Assembly: GCA_022841375.1 (NCBI GenBank)
Contig: JALHRQ010000013.1
Coordinates: 5,384 to 69,383 of the forward strand
Direction of reading: 5' to 3'
Origin: Burkholderiales bacterium
GTDB lineage: Bacteria > Pseudomonadota > Gammaproteobacteria > Burkholderiales > SG8-41
DNA: 64,000 nt
Under the pieces are notes generated by a model. The model did no database searches and was not told where the DNA came from. It saw only the letters and a program-made list of their open reading frames with translations. Below are positions 10,990 to 21,258 of the stretch, piece by piece. Position numbers and translations under genes: made by a program. Within the stretch, counting starts at the first letter, position 1. Each line of letters starts with the position of its first letter.

Positions 10990-12557
10990 CGCAGGCCGAC
11001 CCGTTCGGCATTGTGATCGCCGGTCACGGCAGCCGCGATCCCGACGCTGTTCGCGAGTTCGAGGGGTTGGTCGAGTTGGTCCGGGCGCGCGCTCCACAGC
11101 ACATAGTCAGCCATGGCTATCTGGAGTTCGCGAGCCCGACCATCGAGCAGGCGGTCGTAGAGAATCTCGCCGCCGGCACACGACAAGTGGTCGTGGTGCC
11201 GGGCGTGCTACTGGCTGCGCGTCACGCCAAGAACGATTTGCCGAGCGAGTTGCTGGTGCTGGCGCGTGAGCATCCCGCAATCGAATTTCATTTTGGTGCG
11301 CCGCTCAACCTGCATCCGCAGCTGTTGCAGCTCGCCCAGGAACGCATCGTCGCAGCCGAGTCGACGTCCCCGAACACCGTACGGCGCACGGACACCTGCT
11401 TGGTGCTGGTCGGTCGCGGCACCACCGATTCCGATGCCAATGGCGAAGTCGCCAAGTTTGCGCGCATGCTGGAGGAAGGCATGGGCTTCGGCGGGGCGTA
11501 TGTATGTTATTCGGGCACCGCCAAGCCGCTGGTCGCCGACGGCTTGCGCGCTGCGGCGCGACTGGGATTCGCGCGGCTCGTCGTGTTGCCATTCTTTTTG
11601 TTCGACGGCGTGCTTGTCAAGCGTATTTATGCGGCAGCCGACGCATTGCAGGAGCGTGAGCCGGAACTGGAAGTGGTTAAGGCCGGTTATTTTGGCGTGC
11701 ATCCGTACGTGGCCGACGTAATGATCGAGCGCGCACGGGAAGCGGTGGCCGGGCGCGCTGCGATGAACTGCTCTCTATGCAAGTATCGGGTACAAATTGT
11801 CGGCTTCGAAGAGCAAGTGGGTGAACCGCAGCGGGCTCATCACTTGCGCGTGCGAGGACTGCTGGGAAAAGAGCGGGCAGGCGAGTCATCGCCCACTGAA
11901 GTTAAACCGCAATTTACGCACTATCAACCCCATCCGATCGAAGCCGAGAGCTTTCGCATTATCGCCGCCGGACGTGATTGGTCGGGCTTTTCGCAGGCGC
12001 ACTTGACGGTGCTGCAACGGCTGGTGCACACCAGCGGCGACTACGATGCGGTCGACGATATTTACTTTTCGTCCGGAGCGGTAGAAACCGGTATCCGCGC
12101 GTTGCTGCGCTGCAAGCGCGTGGTGGCCGACGTCACTATGGTGCAGACTGGTTTGAAGCGCGCATTACTGGAACAGCTTGGCATTGAAACCTGGTGCGGG
12201 GTGCACGACCGCGAGACGCATCTGATGTCGCAGACGCATGGCATCACGCGCTCTGCTGCCGGGATACGTCGCGCTTGGGAAAAATTCGGTAATGACGTAG
12301 TGCTCGCGATTGGCGACGCGCCGACTGCAATTGTGGAGGCGACGCGTCTGATCCGCGAGCACGGCTGGCGGCCGCAACTGGTGATAGGCTTGCCGGTCGG
12401 TTTCGTCGGCACGCGCGAAAGCAAGGATGATTTGCGCCGCTGCCTGCAGGTGCCGCGCATTACCAATAGCGGCACGCGTGGCGGTTCGCCGTGGGCAGCG
12501 AGTGTGGTCAATGCGTTGATGATCGATGCGGTCAATCAGCTTGCCGGGTATGGATGA
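10986..12557 (+). CDS. cbiX-cbiC: Fusion of sirohydrochlorin cobaltochelatase CbiX and precorrin-8X methylmutase CbiC/CobH
   Basis: N-terminal [20 protein letters not shown] and MNCSLCKY; C-terminal [32 protein letters not shown] and [12 protein letters not shown]. Confidence 0.9.
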   Translation: MTQADPFGIVIAGHGSRDPDAVREFEGLVELVRARAPQHIVSHGYLEFASPTIEQAVVENLAAGTRQVVVVPGVLLAARHAKNDLPSELLVLAREHPAIEFHFGAPLNLHPQLLQLAQERIVAAESTSPNTVRRTDTCLVLVGRGTTDSDANGEVAKFARMLEEGMGFGGAYVCYSGTAKPLVADGLRAAARLGFARLVVLPFFLFDGVLVKRIYAAADALQEREPELEVVKAGYFGVHPYVADVMIERAREAVAGRAAMNCSLCKYRVQIVGFEEQVGEPQRAHHLRVRGLLGKERAGESSPTEVKPQFTHYQPHPIEAESFRIIAAGRDWSGFSQAHLTVLQRLVHTSGDYDAVDDIYFSSGAVETGIRALLRCKRVVADVTMVQTGLKRALLEQLGIETWCGVHDRETHLMSQTHGITRSAAGIRRAWEKFGNDVVLAIGDAPTAIVEATRLIREHGWRPQLVIGLPVGFVGTRESKDDLRRCLQVPRITNSGTRGGSPWAASVVNALMIDAVNQLAGYG

Positions 12558-13698
12558 ACTTGAACGAGCAGAATTCGATCTGTTCGTGCTGGCGCCGAAC
12601 GGCTTGCGACGCGGGCGCACTACAGGTAGTTGTGCCACGGCGGCGGTCAAGGCCGCGCTTTACTGGCTATTGCGTGAAGAACGATATGAACGTGTAGAGG
12701 TGACGCTGCCGGACGGTGCGTATTATTTGGTGGTGCCGATTCAGGAGGTGCGTTGGCTCGATCAACAAACTGTGCATGCAGAAGTGCTGAAAGATGGTGG
12801 CGATGATCCGGACAAGACCCATGGTGCGACCATCTTCGCCGAAGTGCGCCGGAACGATACGGGACAGATTCGCTTCTTCGCCGGCAACGGCGTCGGTACT
12901 GCGACCCAGCCTGGCTTGCGCGTAGCAGTGGGGGAACCGGCGATCAATCCGGTACCGCGCCAGATGATGCGGCAGGCGGTCGCTGAAGTGCTGGCAGAAA
13001 GTGTGGAGGAAGGGGGGGGGCAAGGATTTGATCTGACCATCGGTTGTGAAAACGGTGCCGTGATCGCGAGGAAGACTTTCAACCCTCGGCTCGGCATCCT
13101 TGGCGGCATATCGATCCTCGGCACTTCGGGGATCGTCGAGCCGATGTCGCTGGCGTCCTGGATTGCCTCGATTGAAGTTTATGTGCGTGTAGCGCTTGGC
13201 GGTAGAGCGCAGAGTGTGGCGTACCTGCCGGGCAAGATCGGCCGTGCCTATGCCAGGGACGTACTGGGATTGCCCGAAAAGCGCACGGTCCAGATTGCGA
13301 ATTTTCTGGGCGATGCGCTCGATTTTACGCAGAAGGCACTGGACGAAGAGCGGCGCCGCCTCGAAGTGCTGTGGCTCGCGGGGCACCCTGGCAAGCTGGC
13401 TAAAGTGCTCGACGGCGTGTGGGACACACATTCGAGCAAGAGCAGCATGGCAATGGGCTGTGTGGCGCGCGTCGCGGCGGAACGCGGGTTCGCGCAGCAT
13501 CTGGTGCAAGAAATAAAGACTGCAAATACAGTGGAAGCAGCGATGGAACGATTAAAGAGTGAACCTGGCGCACAGGCGTTGTGGATCGAAATTGAACGGC
13601 GCATCGGCGTACTGGTGCATGCGCGCGTGCCGGCAGTGGAGAAGGTCGAAGTGCGCTTGTTCGATTTGCACGGCAATGCGCTGGGAGAGGATACGTAA
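12550..13698 (+). CDS. cbiD: Cobalt-precorrin-5B C1-methyltransferase
   Basis: [34 protein letters not shown] and [19 protein letters not shown]. Confidence 0.95.
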   Translation: MDELERAEFDLFVLAPNGLRRGRTTGSCATAAVKAALYWLLREERYERVEVTLPDGAYYLVVPIQEVRWLDQQTVHAEVLKDGGDDPDKTHGATIFAEVRRNDTGQIRFFAGNGVGTATQPGLRVAVGEPAINPVPRQMMRQAVAEVLAESVEEGGGQGFDLTIGCENGAVIARKTFNPRLGILGGISILGTSGIVEPMSLASWIASIEVYVRVALGGRAQSVAYLPGKIGRAYARDVLGLPEKRTVQIANFLGDALDFTQKALDEERRRLEVLWLAGHPGKLAKVLDGVWDTHSSKSSMAMGCVARVAAERGFAQHLVQEIKTANTVEAAMERLKSEPGAQALWIEIERRIGVLVHARVPAVEKVEVRLFDLHGNALGEDT

Positions 13699-13700
13699 AC

Positions 13701-14429
13701 GTGACACAACTCGGCACCTTGTGGGGCATCGGCGTCGGTCCGGGACCGGCCGGCTACCTCCCGCTCGCGGCGCTCGATGCGCTACGACAGGCCGACGTCG
13801 TGTTCGCGCCACGGGCGCGTAGCGCGGAAACCTCGGTCGCCATGCAATGCCTGTCCGGTATCGACATCCCGCTGCAAAGGGTACGGGAAATCGAGTTCAA
13901 CATGGACTCGGACCGGTCGGTATTGCGCGAGCATTACGCGCACTTAGCCGACACGATTGCAGTCGATCTGTGCGCCGGGCGAAACGTGGCTTACCTGACG
14001 ATCGGCGATACGCTGACGTATTCCACCTACGGCTATGTGTTAGCCGCGCTGCGCGAGCGCTTTCCCAAATTACCTCACCGCACCTTTCCCGGCATCACCA
14101 GCTACGCCGCCGCTGCGTCGGCCCTGGGCTGGCCGCTGGGCGAGGGCAAGGAACGCACCCTGATCCTGCCGTGCCCGGACGATCCCTTCGCGCTGCGGCG
14201 CGACATCGAAACGCATGACATCGTGGTGTTGATGAAGATTGGCGCGCGCTTGGGCTGGGTGCTCGATCTGCTGCGCGAAATGGGCGTTGCCGAACATTGC
14301 GCATTTGCGCGTCGCATCGGCTTACAGGGCGAAATGCTGGCTGCCGATGTCGGTAATTTATCTGCTACCGAGGCAATGGGTTATCTTGCCACGCTGTTGA
14401 TCCGCAAGACCCTGAGAGAGAAAAGATAG
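13701..14429 (+). CDS. cbiL: Precorrin-2/cobalt-factor II C20-methyltransferase
   Basis: GIGVGPG, YLTIGD..TYSTY, PGITSY and VVLMKIG. Confidence 0.9.
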   Translation: MTQLGTLWGIGVGPGPAGYLPLAALDALRQADVVFAPRARSAETSVAMQCLSGIDIPLQRVREIEFNMDSDRSVLREHYAHLADTIAVDLCAGRNVAYLTIGDTLTYSTYGYVLAALRERFPKLPHRTFPGITSYAAAASALGWPLGEGKERTLILPCPDDPFALRRDIETHDIVVLMKIGARLGWVLDLLREMGVAEHCAFARRIGLQGEMLAADVGNLSATEAMGYLATLLIRKTLREKR

Positions 14430-14431
14430 CC

Positions 14432-15232
14432 ATGAAAGTTTATTTCATCGGCGCCGGTCCCGGCGCTTCCGACCTGATCACGCTGCGCGGTGCCAACATA
14501 CTGGGCCGCGTCGACATGGTGCTGTACGCCGGTTCGCTGGTGCCGACTGACATGCTGCAGCATTGTCGCCAGGATGCTGAGTTGATTGATACCGCCAAGC
14601 TCGACCTCGAACAACAGGAGGCGTGTTACCGGCGTGCCCAAGGGGCTGACTACGACGTCGCGCGCCTGCACTCGGGTGATCCGGCGATCTACGGCGCGAC
14701 CGCCGAGCAAATGCGGCGACTCGATGCGCTCGGTATTGAATACGAGGTGGTGCCGGGTGTTTCGTCGTTCAGCGCAGCCGCCGCGACGGTCAAGGCTGAG
14801 TTGACCAAGCCGGAAGTATCGCAGACCATCATCCTGACCCGCGTTTCCGGTCGTGCGTCGGCGGTGCCGGAGGCGGAAGCACTTGCCAAATTGGCCGGGC
14901 ATCGCGCAACCATGTGCATCTTCCTGTCGGGGCCGCATTTAAAAAAAATCGTTACCGTCCTGCGTCTGCATTATCCAGAGGACACGCCATTGACCCTGGT
15001 CTATCGGGCTAGCTGGCCCGAGCAGCGTATCTATCAGGGAACGTTGGGTACGGTGCTGAAAGAGACTAAGCGCGGTGCCTGGAATCTGACCACCATGCTG
15101 CTGGTCGGTGCCGCACTGGGTCACGGCGAGCAGGTGGAGTCAAGTTTGTACGCAAAGGATTTTAAACACCTGTTTCGCGCTGTGAAAAAGACCAAACATA
15201 AGGCCGAAAAGACCGCAAAGGCGATAGCGTGA
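14432..15232 (+). CDS. cbiF: Precorrin-4 C11-methyltransferase (CbiF/CobM)
   Basis: GAGPGASDLITLRG, YAGSLV, RLHSGDPAIYGA and ELT.PEVSQTIILTR. Confidence 0.94.
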   Translation: MKVYFIGAGPGASDLITLRGANILGRVDMVLYAGSLVPTDMLQHCRQDAELIDTAKLDLEQQEACYRRAQGADYDVARLHSGDPAIYGATAEQMRRLDALGIEYEVVPGVSSFSAAAATVKAELTKPEVSQTIILTRVSGRASAVPEAEALAKLAGHRATMCIFLSGPHLKKIVTVLRLHYPEDTPLTLVYRASWPEQRIYQGTLGTVLKETKRGAWNLTTMLLVGAALGHGEQVESSLYAKDFKHLFRAVKKTKHKAEKTAKAIA

Positions 15233-15984
15233 GTGAGTCACTCGGGATCTGGCTGGTGCGCGCAGAAAGCGAAGCACTCGCCGCTCTTCTGCAAGCGCAG
15301 CTCGGTGGCGCGCTGTACCGGCCCTGGCTGAATCCGGCTGTGGCGCAGAAGCAGCAGTTCAGCGCGGCTTATAGGCAGCATGCGCAGTGGGTGATGGTTG
15401 CAGCCAGTGGCATCGCGGTGCGCTTTCTCGATGGCTTGGCGCAGGACAAGCACAGCGATCCGGCACTGGTGGTGCTGGACGAAGCAGGTCGTTACGCGGT
15501 GTCGCTGCTGGCTGGTCACGAAGGCGGCGCCAACCGTCTGGCTTATCGTGTCGCCAATGTGGTCGGCGCGGTGCCGGTGATCACCACGGCGACCGAGACC
15601 TTGAAGCCACTCGTGGTCGGCATTGGCTGCCGCAAGGGCGTGTCTGTTGATCAGATTTCTGCGGCGGTGCGCAAGGCACTTGGCGCGCGTTGGGTGGACG
15701 AAGTGCGCGAGGTGGCGACGATCGACCTGAAGGAGGATGAGCCGGGATTGATCGAATTCTGCGCGCGGCATGGTTTGCCGCTGCGCGTCTTTGCGCACGC
15801 AACGGTAGCAGCGCGGGCGTGGGTGACGCAAGCATCGGAGTGGGTGAACCAGAGCGTGGGCGTTTATGGCGTATGCGAACCGTGCGCCTTGATTGCCTGT
15901 AGCCGTGGGAAATTGATAGTGCCGAAAATGGCGTTGGATGGTGTTGCCGTGGCCGTGGTGGAAGATAAGTGGATGGAAGCATGA
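15229..15984 (+). CDS. cbiG: Cobalt-precorrin-5A hydrolase CbiG (compact form)
   Basis: ASGIAVR, DPALVVLDE, GHEGGAN, VITTAT, GIGCRKG and GVCEPCAL. Confidence 0.9.
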   Translation: MSESLGIWLVRAESEALAALLQAQLGGALYRPWLNPAVAQKQQFSAAYRQHAQWVMVAASGIAVRFLDGLAQDKHSDPALVVLDEAGRYAVSLLAGHEGGANRLAYRVANVVGAVPVITTATETLKPLVVGIGCRKGVSVDQISAAVRKALGARWVDEVREVATIDLKEDEPGLIEFCARHGLPLRVFAHATVAARAWVTQASEWVNQSVGVYGVCEPCALIACSRGKLIVPKMALDGVAVAVVEDKWMEA

Positions 15985-17540
15985 GCGGTGTACTGCATCT
16001 GGTTTCGGTCGGGCCGGGATTTAACGACTTGATCATCCCGCGTGCCGAAGCGGCGCTGCGTGACAGCGACGTGATCGTGGCCTACGAGTTGTATTTGCGC
16101 TGGATCGAGCCGTGGCTGGCGGGAAAGGAAATTCATACGCCGCCACTGACGCAAGAGCGGGAGAGGGCTTTACTGGCGATCGACAAAGCCCGCAGCGGTG
16201 CCAAAGTCGCATTGATTTCCAGCGGCGACATCGGTATTTACGCGATGGCCGCGCTGGCATTCGAAGAAATGCGTGAAGACGATACCTACGAGGTCAATGT
16301 CGTGCCCGGCATTACCGCGGCCAATGCCTGCGCTTCGTTGCTGGGCTCGCCGCTATCGCACGACTTCGCGACTCTAAGCTTGTCCGATCTGCTGTGTCCC
16401 TGGGAGTGGATCGAAAACCGCGCACGGCACATCGCTGAAGCCGACCTGGCTTGCGTGTTGTATAACGTGCAGAGCGCTGGTCGGCAGCAAGGCGTCTACC
16501 GCATCTTGAACCTCATGCTTGAATCCAAGACGCCTAATACGTTGTGCGGCGTAGTGAAGAATGCCTATCGACCCGGTCAGCAGGTCAGCATCTACCGCTT
16601 GGAAGAATTACCGGCGTTGCAGTTCGATATGCTCACCACCATCGTGATCGGGAACCGGTTTACCCGGCGCAAGCGCGGGCACATTTTTACACCGCGCGGT
16701 TATAACGACTGGACTTCTCAGGAAGTTGCGCCAGCCATGCAGCCAGAAGAACATGCGTTACCCGATAATGCAGTCTGGGTTTTTTCCGGCACCAGCGACG
16801 GCAATGCGCTGGCGGCTCAGTTGGCAGCAGGACAGGGCTGCCCGGTAATCGTGTCGGCGGCAACCGAATATGGTGGCGAAGTGGCCATCAAAGACTGTGC
16901 TGGCGTGTCTGTATGGGCTGGCCGTCAAGGCGTTGAAGCACGCAGGCAGGCGCTGGTTCGCGGTCATGCGCGCGCGCTGGTCGATGCGACCCATCCCTAC
17001 GCCAATATCATTTCTGAACAGTTGATCGGTCTAACGCGTGAGCTTGGCATTCCTTATTTGCGCTACGAACGGCCCAGTGTGCTTGCGCCGGAGTGCCATG
17101 AGTTGTGCGAATCGATGGCACAAGCCGCCGAGCGCGCCATCACAATCGGCCAACGTATTTTTCTGGCGACCGGCTCCAAGGATCTGGCGACGTTTCTGCA
17201 AGCGCCCGGTGCAAAGGAGCGTGAGTGGTTTGTCCGCGTCACAGCGGAGCCGGATTTCATTCGGCGCGCGATCGATCTGGGGGTGCCGCGTAGCCACCTG
17301 TGTGCGATGCAAGGGCCATTCTCGCAAGCGTTCAATACGGCGCTATGGCGCGATTGGCAAATCGATTGCGTGGTAACCAAGGATTCCGGCGATGCCGGCG
17401 GCTATCGCGCCAAAGCAGCAGCGGCGCAGGCGCTGGATATTCCATTGCTGGTGATTCGGCGACCGAAGCTGGCCTACCCGCTGGTCACCTCGACGTTCGA
17501 TGCTGTATTACAGCAACTGGCAGCGTGGAAAATAGCATGA
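15981..17540 (+). CDS. cbiH-cbiJ: Fusion of precorrin-3B C17-methyltransferase (CbiH/CobJ) and precorrin-6A reductase (CbiJ/CobK)
   Basis: SSGDIGIYAMA, PLSHDFATLSLSDL and TPRGY, then GTSDG, DATHPYA, RYERP, AMQGPFS and VTKDSG. Confidence 0.92.
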   Translation: MSGVLHLVSVGPGFNDLIIPRAEAALRDSDVIVAYELYLRWIEPWLAGKEIHTPPLTQERERALLAIDKARSGAKVALISSGDIGIYAMAALAFEEMREDDTYEVNVVPGITAANACASLLGSPLSHDFATLSLSDLLCPWEWIENRARHIAEADLACVLYNVQSAGRQQGVYRILNLMLESKTPNTLCGVVKNAYRPGQQVSIYRLEELPALQFDMLTTIVIGNRFTRRKRGHIFTPRGYNDWTSQEVAPAMQPEEHALPDNAVWVFSGTSDGNALAAQLAAGQGCPVIVSAATEYGGEVAIKDCAGVSVWAGRQGVEARRQALVRGHARALVDATHPYANIISEQLIGLTRELGIPYLRYERPSVLAPECHELCESMAQAAERAITIGQRIFLATGSKDLATFLQAPGAKEREWFVRVTAEPDFIRRAIDLGVPRSHLCAMQGPFSQAFNTALWRDWQIDCVVTKDSGDAGGYRAKAAAAQALDIPLLVIRRPKLAYPLVTSTFDAVLQQLAAWKIA

Positions 17541-18652
17541 ATCAGTTGATCCCGGTCACCATCGTCACCGGTTTTCTGGGCTCGGGCAAAACCACTTTGC
17601 TTTGCGGTCTGATTAAACGCAGGCAAACCCGCCGTCTCGCGCTATTGATCAATGAGTTCGGCGAGGTCTCCATCGATGGCGCACTGATTCGGGGTGGCGT
17701 TGACGGCGATAACCAGATTCGGATTCACGATTTTCCGTACGGCCTGATTGCCTATGGTGATGACGAACTTTTTATTCCGACCATGCGCGCGATCGCCGAG
17801 CGCCGCGCCAATGTCGATCATGTGCTGATCGAGACCTCCGGCTTGGCGTTGCCGACGGCCGTAATGGAAATGCTGCAGGGACCCGAGCTGGCCGGAGATT
17901 TTATTCTGGATGCGACACTGGCAGTGGTGGATACGCCATTGTTATTGTCCAATCAATTCGAACGTGACAATGAGGCTCATGGCTCGCAAGCTGCGGTCGC
18001 CAGTTTGTTTGAACAGCAGATCGAATACGCAGATGTCGTGGTGTTAAACAAAGTCGACCTGCTTGATGAGAAGGCGCTGCTACTGGCCGAGACCCGCGTT
18101 CGACAATGTGCGCCGAACGTGCGCTTTCTTGAACTCGCCTACCACGCGCAACTCGATATCCGGCTCGCTCTGGGCCTGCGCTTGCACCAGCCGACGCTGG
18201 TTGCGCACGACCACCGTTACACGCCGCTGGTGCCGATGCCGGGTCCCGATGCTTCTTTGCTCGGCAATCAAGAGCGCCTGAACGGTCATGCCCATTCTGG
18301 CTTGAGTGCACATACCCATGGCCTTGCAACGCACAAGCATTTTCATGAGCAAGATCCGGGTTGGCTTTCGTTTGTGCTGCGCAGCCAGGAACCGCAACAA
18401 GCAGAACGACTGAAAGCGGCGCTGGTTGAAGTGGCCAGAGTGGAGCCGATCCTGCGGGCCAAAGGATTTATTCGCTCCACCGATCCGCAGCACACGGCAG
18501 TGGTGCAGGGTGTGCGCTCGCGTGTAACGATCAGTCCCGGTGCGGCAAACGAATTCTCCCAAAAATCGGAACTTGTTTTCATCGGTTACCACCCGAGCCG
18601 CACCAATGTGACGGCACTGTTATCCGACTTGACCGGAACCACCTGGGAATAA
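17537..18652 (+). CDS. cobW: CobW/COG0523 family GTPase lacking the CxCC motif
   Basis: TGFLGSGKTT, NEFG, IETSGLA, NKVD, His-rich segment and LRAKGF; GLIAY where GCxCC is expected. Confidence 0.85.
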   Translation: MNQLIPVTIVTGFLGSGKTTLLCGLIKRRQTRRLALLINEFGEVSIDGALIRGGVDGDNQIRIHDFPYGLIAYGDDELFIPTMRAIAERRANVDHVLIETSGLALPTAVMEMLQGPELAGDFILDATLAVVDTPLLLSNQFERDNEAHGSQAAVASLFEQQIEYADVVVLNKVDLLDEKALLLAETRVRQCAPNVRFLELAYHAQLDIRLALGLRLHQPTLVAHDHRYTPLVPMPGPDASLLGNQERLNGHAHSGLSAHTHGLATHKHFHEQDPGWLSFVLRSQEPQQAERLKAALVEVARVEPILRAKGFIRSTDPQHTAVVQGVRSRVTISPGAANEFSQKSELVFIGYHPSRTNVTALLSDLTGTTWE

Positions 18653-18657
18653 TTGCA

Positions 18658-19260
18658 ATGAAAACAGATCCTGAATCGCATAAGCGGATGGCCCAGCGTC
18701 ATAAAGAGGGCTTCGAAAAAAAGAAGGCCGCAGCGCAAAAAGAAAAAGGCTTGCTGATTGTGTACACCGGCACTGGCAAAGGCAAATCCACCGCCGCATT
18801 CGGCATGGGGTTGCGCATACTCGGCCATCAGATGAAATTGGGTGTGGTGCAGTTCATTAAGGGCGCATTGCACAGCGCAGAACGCGAGGTGCTTGGTAAT
18901 AACCCCAATTGCGATTTTCATGTGGTCGGCGCCGGCTATACCTGGGATACGCAGGATCGCGCAGCCGACATGAAAACCGCCGCCAACGGCTGGGCCGAAG
19001 CGGTCAGGATGATCAACGATCCTTCCTACGACATGGTGATTCTCGATGAACTCAATATCGTGCTCAAGTATCAATATCTCGATCTGGCCGAAGTCCTGGA
19101 GGTATTCAGCAATCGGCGCGAGATGCTGCACATTGTAGTTACCGGTCGCCATGCGCCGGAGAGATTAATCGCGCTGGCCGATCTCGTCAGCGATATTCGT
19201 CCGGTTAAGCATCCGTATCAGGAGCAGGGCATCAAGGCACAAAAAGGCGTGGAGTTTTAA
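18658..19260 (+). CDS. cobO: Cob(I)yrinic acid a,c-diamide adenosyltransferase
   Basis: TGTGKGKSTAAFG, QFIKG, ILDELN, TGRHAP and KHPY..GIKAQKGVEF. Confidence 0.95.
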   Translation: MKTDPESHKRMAQRHKEGFEKKKAAAQKEKGLLIVYTGTGKGKSTAAFGMGLRILGHQMKLGVVQFIKGALHSAEREVLGNNPNCDFHVVGAGYTWDTQDRAADMKTAANGWAEAVRMINDPSYDMVILDELNIVLKYQYLDLAEVLEVFSNRREMLHIVVTGRHAPERLIALADLVSDIRPVKHPYQEQGIKAQKGVEF

Positions 19261-19261
19261 C

Positions 19262-20554
19262 GTGCAAACGCGACGTTGCCCAGCGCTATTCATCAGCGCG
19301 CCCGGCTCCAATCACGGCAAAACGACCGTCACTGCCGCGCTCGCCCGCTTCCATGCCGAGCAAGGCCGCAAGGTCAGGGTGTTCAAGACCGGGCCGGATT
19401 TTCTCGACCCGATGATACTCGAGCGCGCGTGCGGCCAGCCGGTGTACCAGCTTGACCTTTGGTTGGTGGGGGAAGCAGAATGCCGGCGCCTTGTCTACGA
19501 AGCAGCACAAGAAGCCGATCTGATTCTGATCGAAGGGGTGATGGGCTTGTTCGATGGTTGTCCCTGTAGTGCCGATCTCGCTCAAAAATTGGGGGTGCCG
19601 GTACTCGCAGTGATCAACACGACCGGCGTGGCGCAAACGCTTGGGGCAATCGCTTATGGACTTGCCCACTATCGTGCTGAACTGCCGTTCGCCGGTGTCC
19701 TGGCCAACTCGGTTGCCAGCGCCCGTCATGCCGAAATGATCGTGCAGGGCATGCCGCCGGGGATGCGTTATTTTGGCGGGCTGCCGCGTGCATCGCAATT
19801 CACTTTGCCGGAGCGGCATCTGGGCCTAGTTCAGGCGGCAGAGATTGTCGACCTTGAATCGCGCCTGTCGGCGGCCGCGGCGTCGATTGCGTCGACCGAC
19901 TTGGCCGCATTGCCGGCAGCAGTGGAATTCACCTGCGCCGCAGCAGAAGCGCTGCCGCAACTGCTGGCCGGGGCACGCGTCGGCATTGCACGTGATCCGG
20001 CGTTTTCGTTTATCTATCCGGCCAACCTGGATTTGTTGCGGGCGCTGGGCGCCGAGCTGGTTTTCTTTTCACCGCTGGCCGACCAAGCGCTGCCGGAGAT
20101 CGACAGTCTTTACCTGCCGGGCGGTTATCCGGAACTCCATCTCCAGCAATTGCAGGATAACGTGGCGCTGAAAGCCGCGCTGCAAAACCACTTTCGACAG
20201 GGAAAACCGATTTACGCGGAGTGCGGCGGCATGCTGTATCTGCTCGAATCGCTCACCGACAAAGCCGGAAAACGCGGCATGATGACGGGCATTTTCCCGG
20301 GACATGCCGTCATGCAGGCGCGCTTGCAAGGCCTCGGTTATCAATCGGCACCAATGCCGGGCGGTGTGTTGCACAGTCATGCCTTTCACCATTCGGTGAT
20401 CGACACGCCACTGATTCCGATCGCATCCGGCGAGCGTTTGTACAATACCTCGAAAGGAGAAAAAATTTTTCAATTGGAGCGACTGACAGCAAGTTACCTT
20501 CACTGTTATTTTCCTTCCAATCCAGGCGCGGCTGCCCGGCTGTTTCTGCCATGA
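19262..20554 (+). CDS. cobB: Cobyrinate a,c-diamide synthase (CobB/CbiA)
   Basis: GKTTVT, FKTGPDFLDP, EGVMGLFDG, LPERHLGL, GGYPEL and AECGGMLYL. Confidence 0.94.
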   Translation: MQTRRCPALFISAPGSNHGKTTVTAALARFHAEQGRKVRVFKTGPDFLDPMILERACGQPVYQLDLWLVGEAECRRLVYEAAQEADLILIEGVMGLFDGCPCSADLAQKLGVPVLAVINTTGVAQTLGAIAYGLAHYRAELPFAGVLANSVASARHAEMIVQGMPPGMRYFGGLPRASQFTLPERHLGLVQAAEIVDLESRLSAAAASIASTDLAALPAAVEFTCAAAEALPQLLAGARVGIARDPAFSFIYPANLDLLRALGAELVFFSPLADQALPEIDSLYLPGGYPELHLQQLQDNVALKAALQNHFRQGKPIYAECGGMLYLLESLTDKAGKRGMMTGIFPGHAVMQARLQGLGYQSAPMPGGVLHSHAFHHSVIDTPLIPIASGERLYNTSKGEKIFQLERLTASYLHCYFPSNPGAAARLFLP

Positions 20555-21216
20555 ACCGATTCAGCAACGAAGAGATCGCCGTGGTTTACAAGGTGATTGC
20601 CGAACGGCGGGACATCCGTCATTTTCTGCCGGATCTGATCGAGCCGGAGTTGCTGGTCCGGCTGTTGAACGCCGCGCATCTGGCCCCCAGCGTCGGCTTC
20701 ATGCAGCCGTGGCGGTTCATCCGGATTTCCGCCCCCAGCCTGCGTACAACAATTCACCAGATGGTCGAACAAGAGCGCATCAACACCGCTCATGCTTTGG
20801 GGGAGCGGGAAGACGAGTTCATGCGGCTGAAAGTGGAGGGTGTGCGCGAGTGCGGCGAATTATTGGTGGTGGCGTTGATGGATCGGCGCGAGGAGCATAT
20901 TTTCGGACGCCGCACGCTGCCGGAAATGGATCTCGCCTCGGTCGCTTGCGCGATTCAAAATATCTGGTTGGCGGCCCGCGCCGAAGGCATCGGCATGGGC
21001 TGGGTTTCGCTGTTCGATCCGGAGCAGCTGCGCCTGTTACTGGACATGCCCGCCGGCGCCAAGCCGATTGCGATACTGTGTCTTGGTCATGTGGAAGCCT
21101 TTTATCCGAAGCCGATGCTTGAACTGGAAGGCTGGGCTGCGCGCCAGAAGCTGCAAGACATGGTGTATGAGAATGCGTGGTGCAATCATGTCGAGATTAA
21201 TAGAGAACCTGAGTAA
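20551..21216 (+). CDS. bluB: 5,6-dimethylbenzimidazole synthase
   Basis: RRDIRHF, APSVGFMQPWRF, LKVEG, GRRTLPEMD and GMGWVS. Confidence 0.94.
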   Translation: MNRFSNEEIAVVYKVIAERRDIRHFLPDLIEPELLVRLLNAAHLAPSVGFMQPWRFIRISAPSLRTTIHQMVEQERINTAHALGEREDEFMRLKVEGVRECGELLVVALMDRREEHIFGRRTLPEMDLASVACAIQNIWLAARAEGIGMGWVSLFDPEQLRLLLDMPAGAKPIAILCLGHVEAFYPKPMLELEGWAARQKLQDMVYENAWCNHVEINREPE

Positions 21217-21258
21217 ACTTGAGCCATCAACCGTACTGTTTATTTTAAGGAGAATCGT

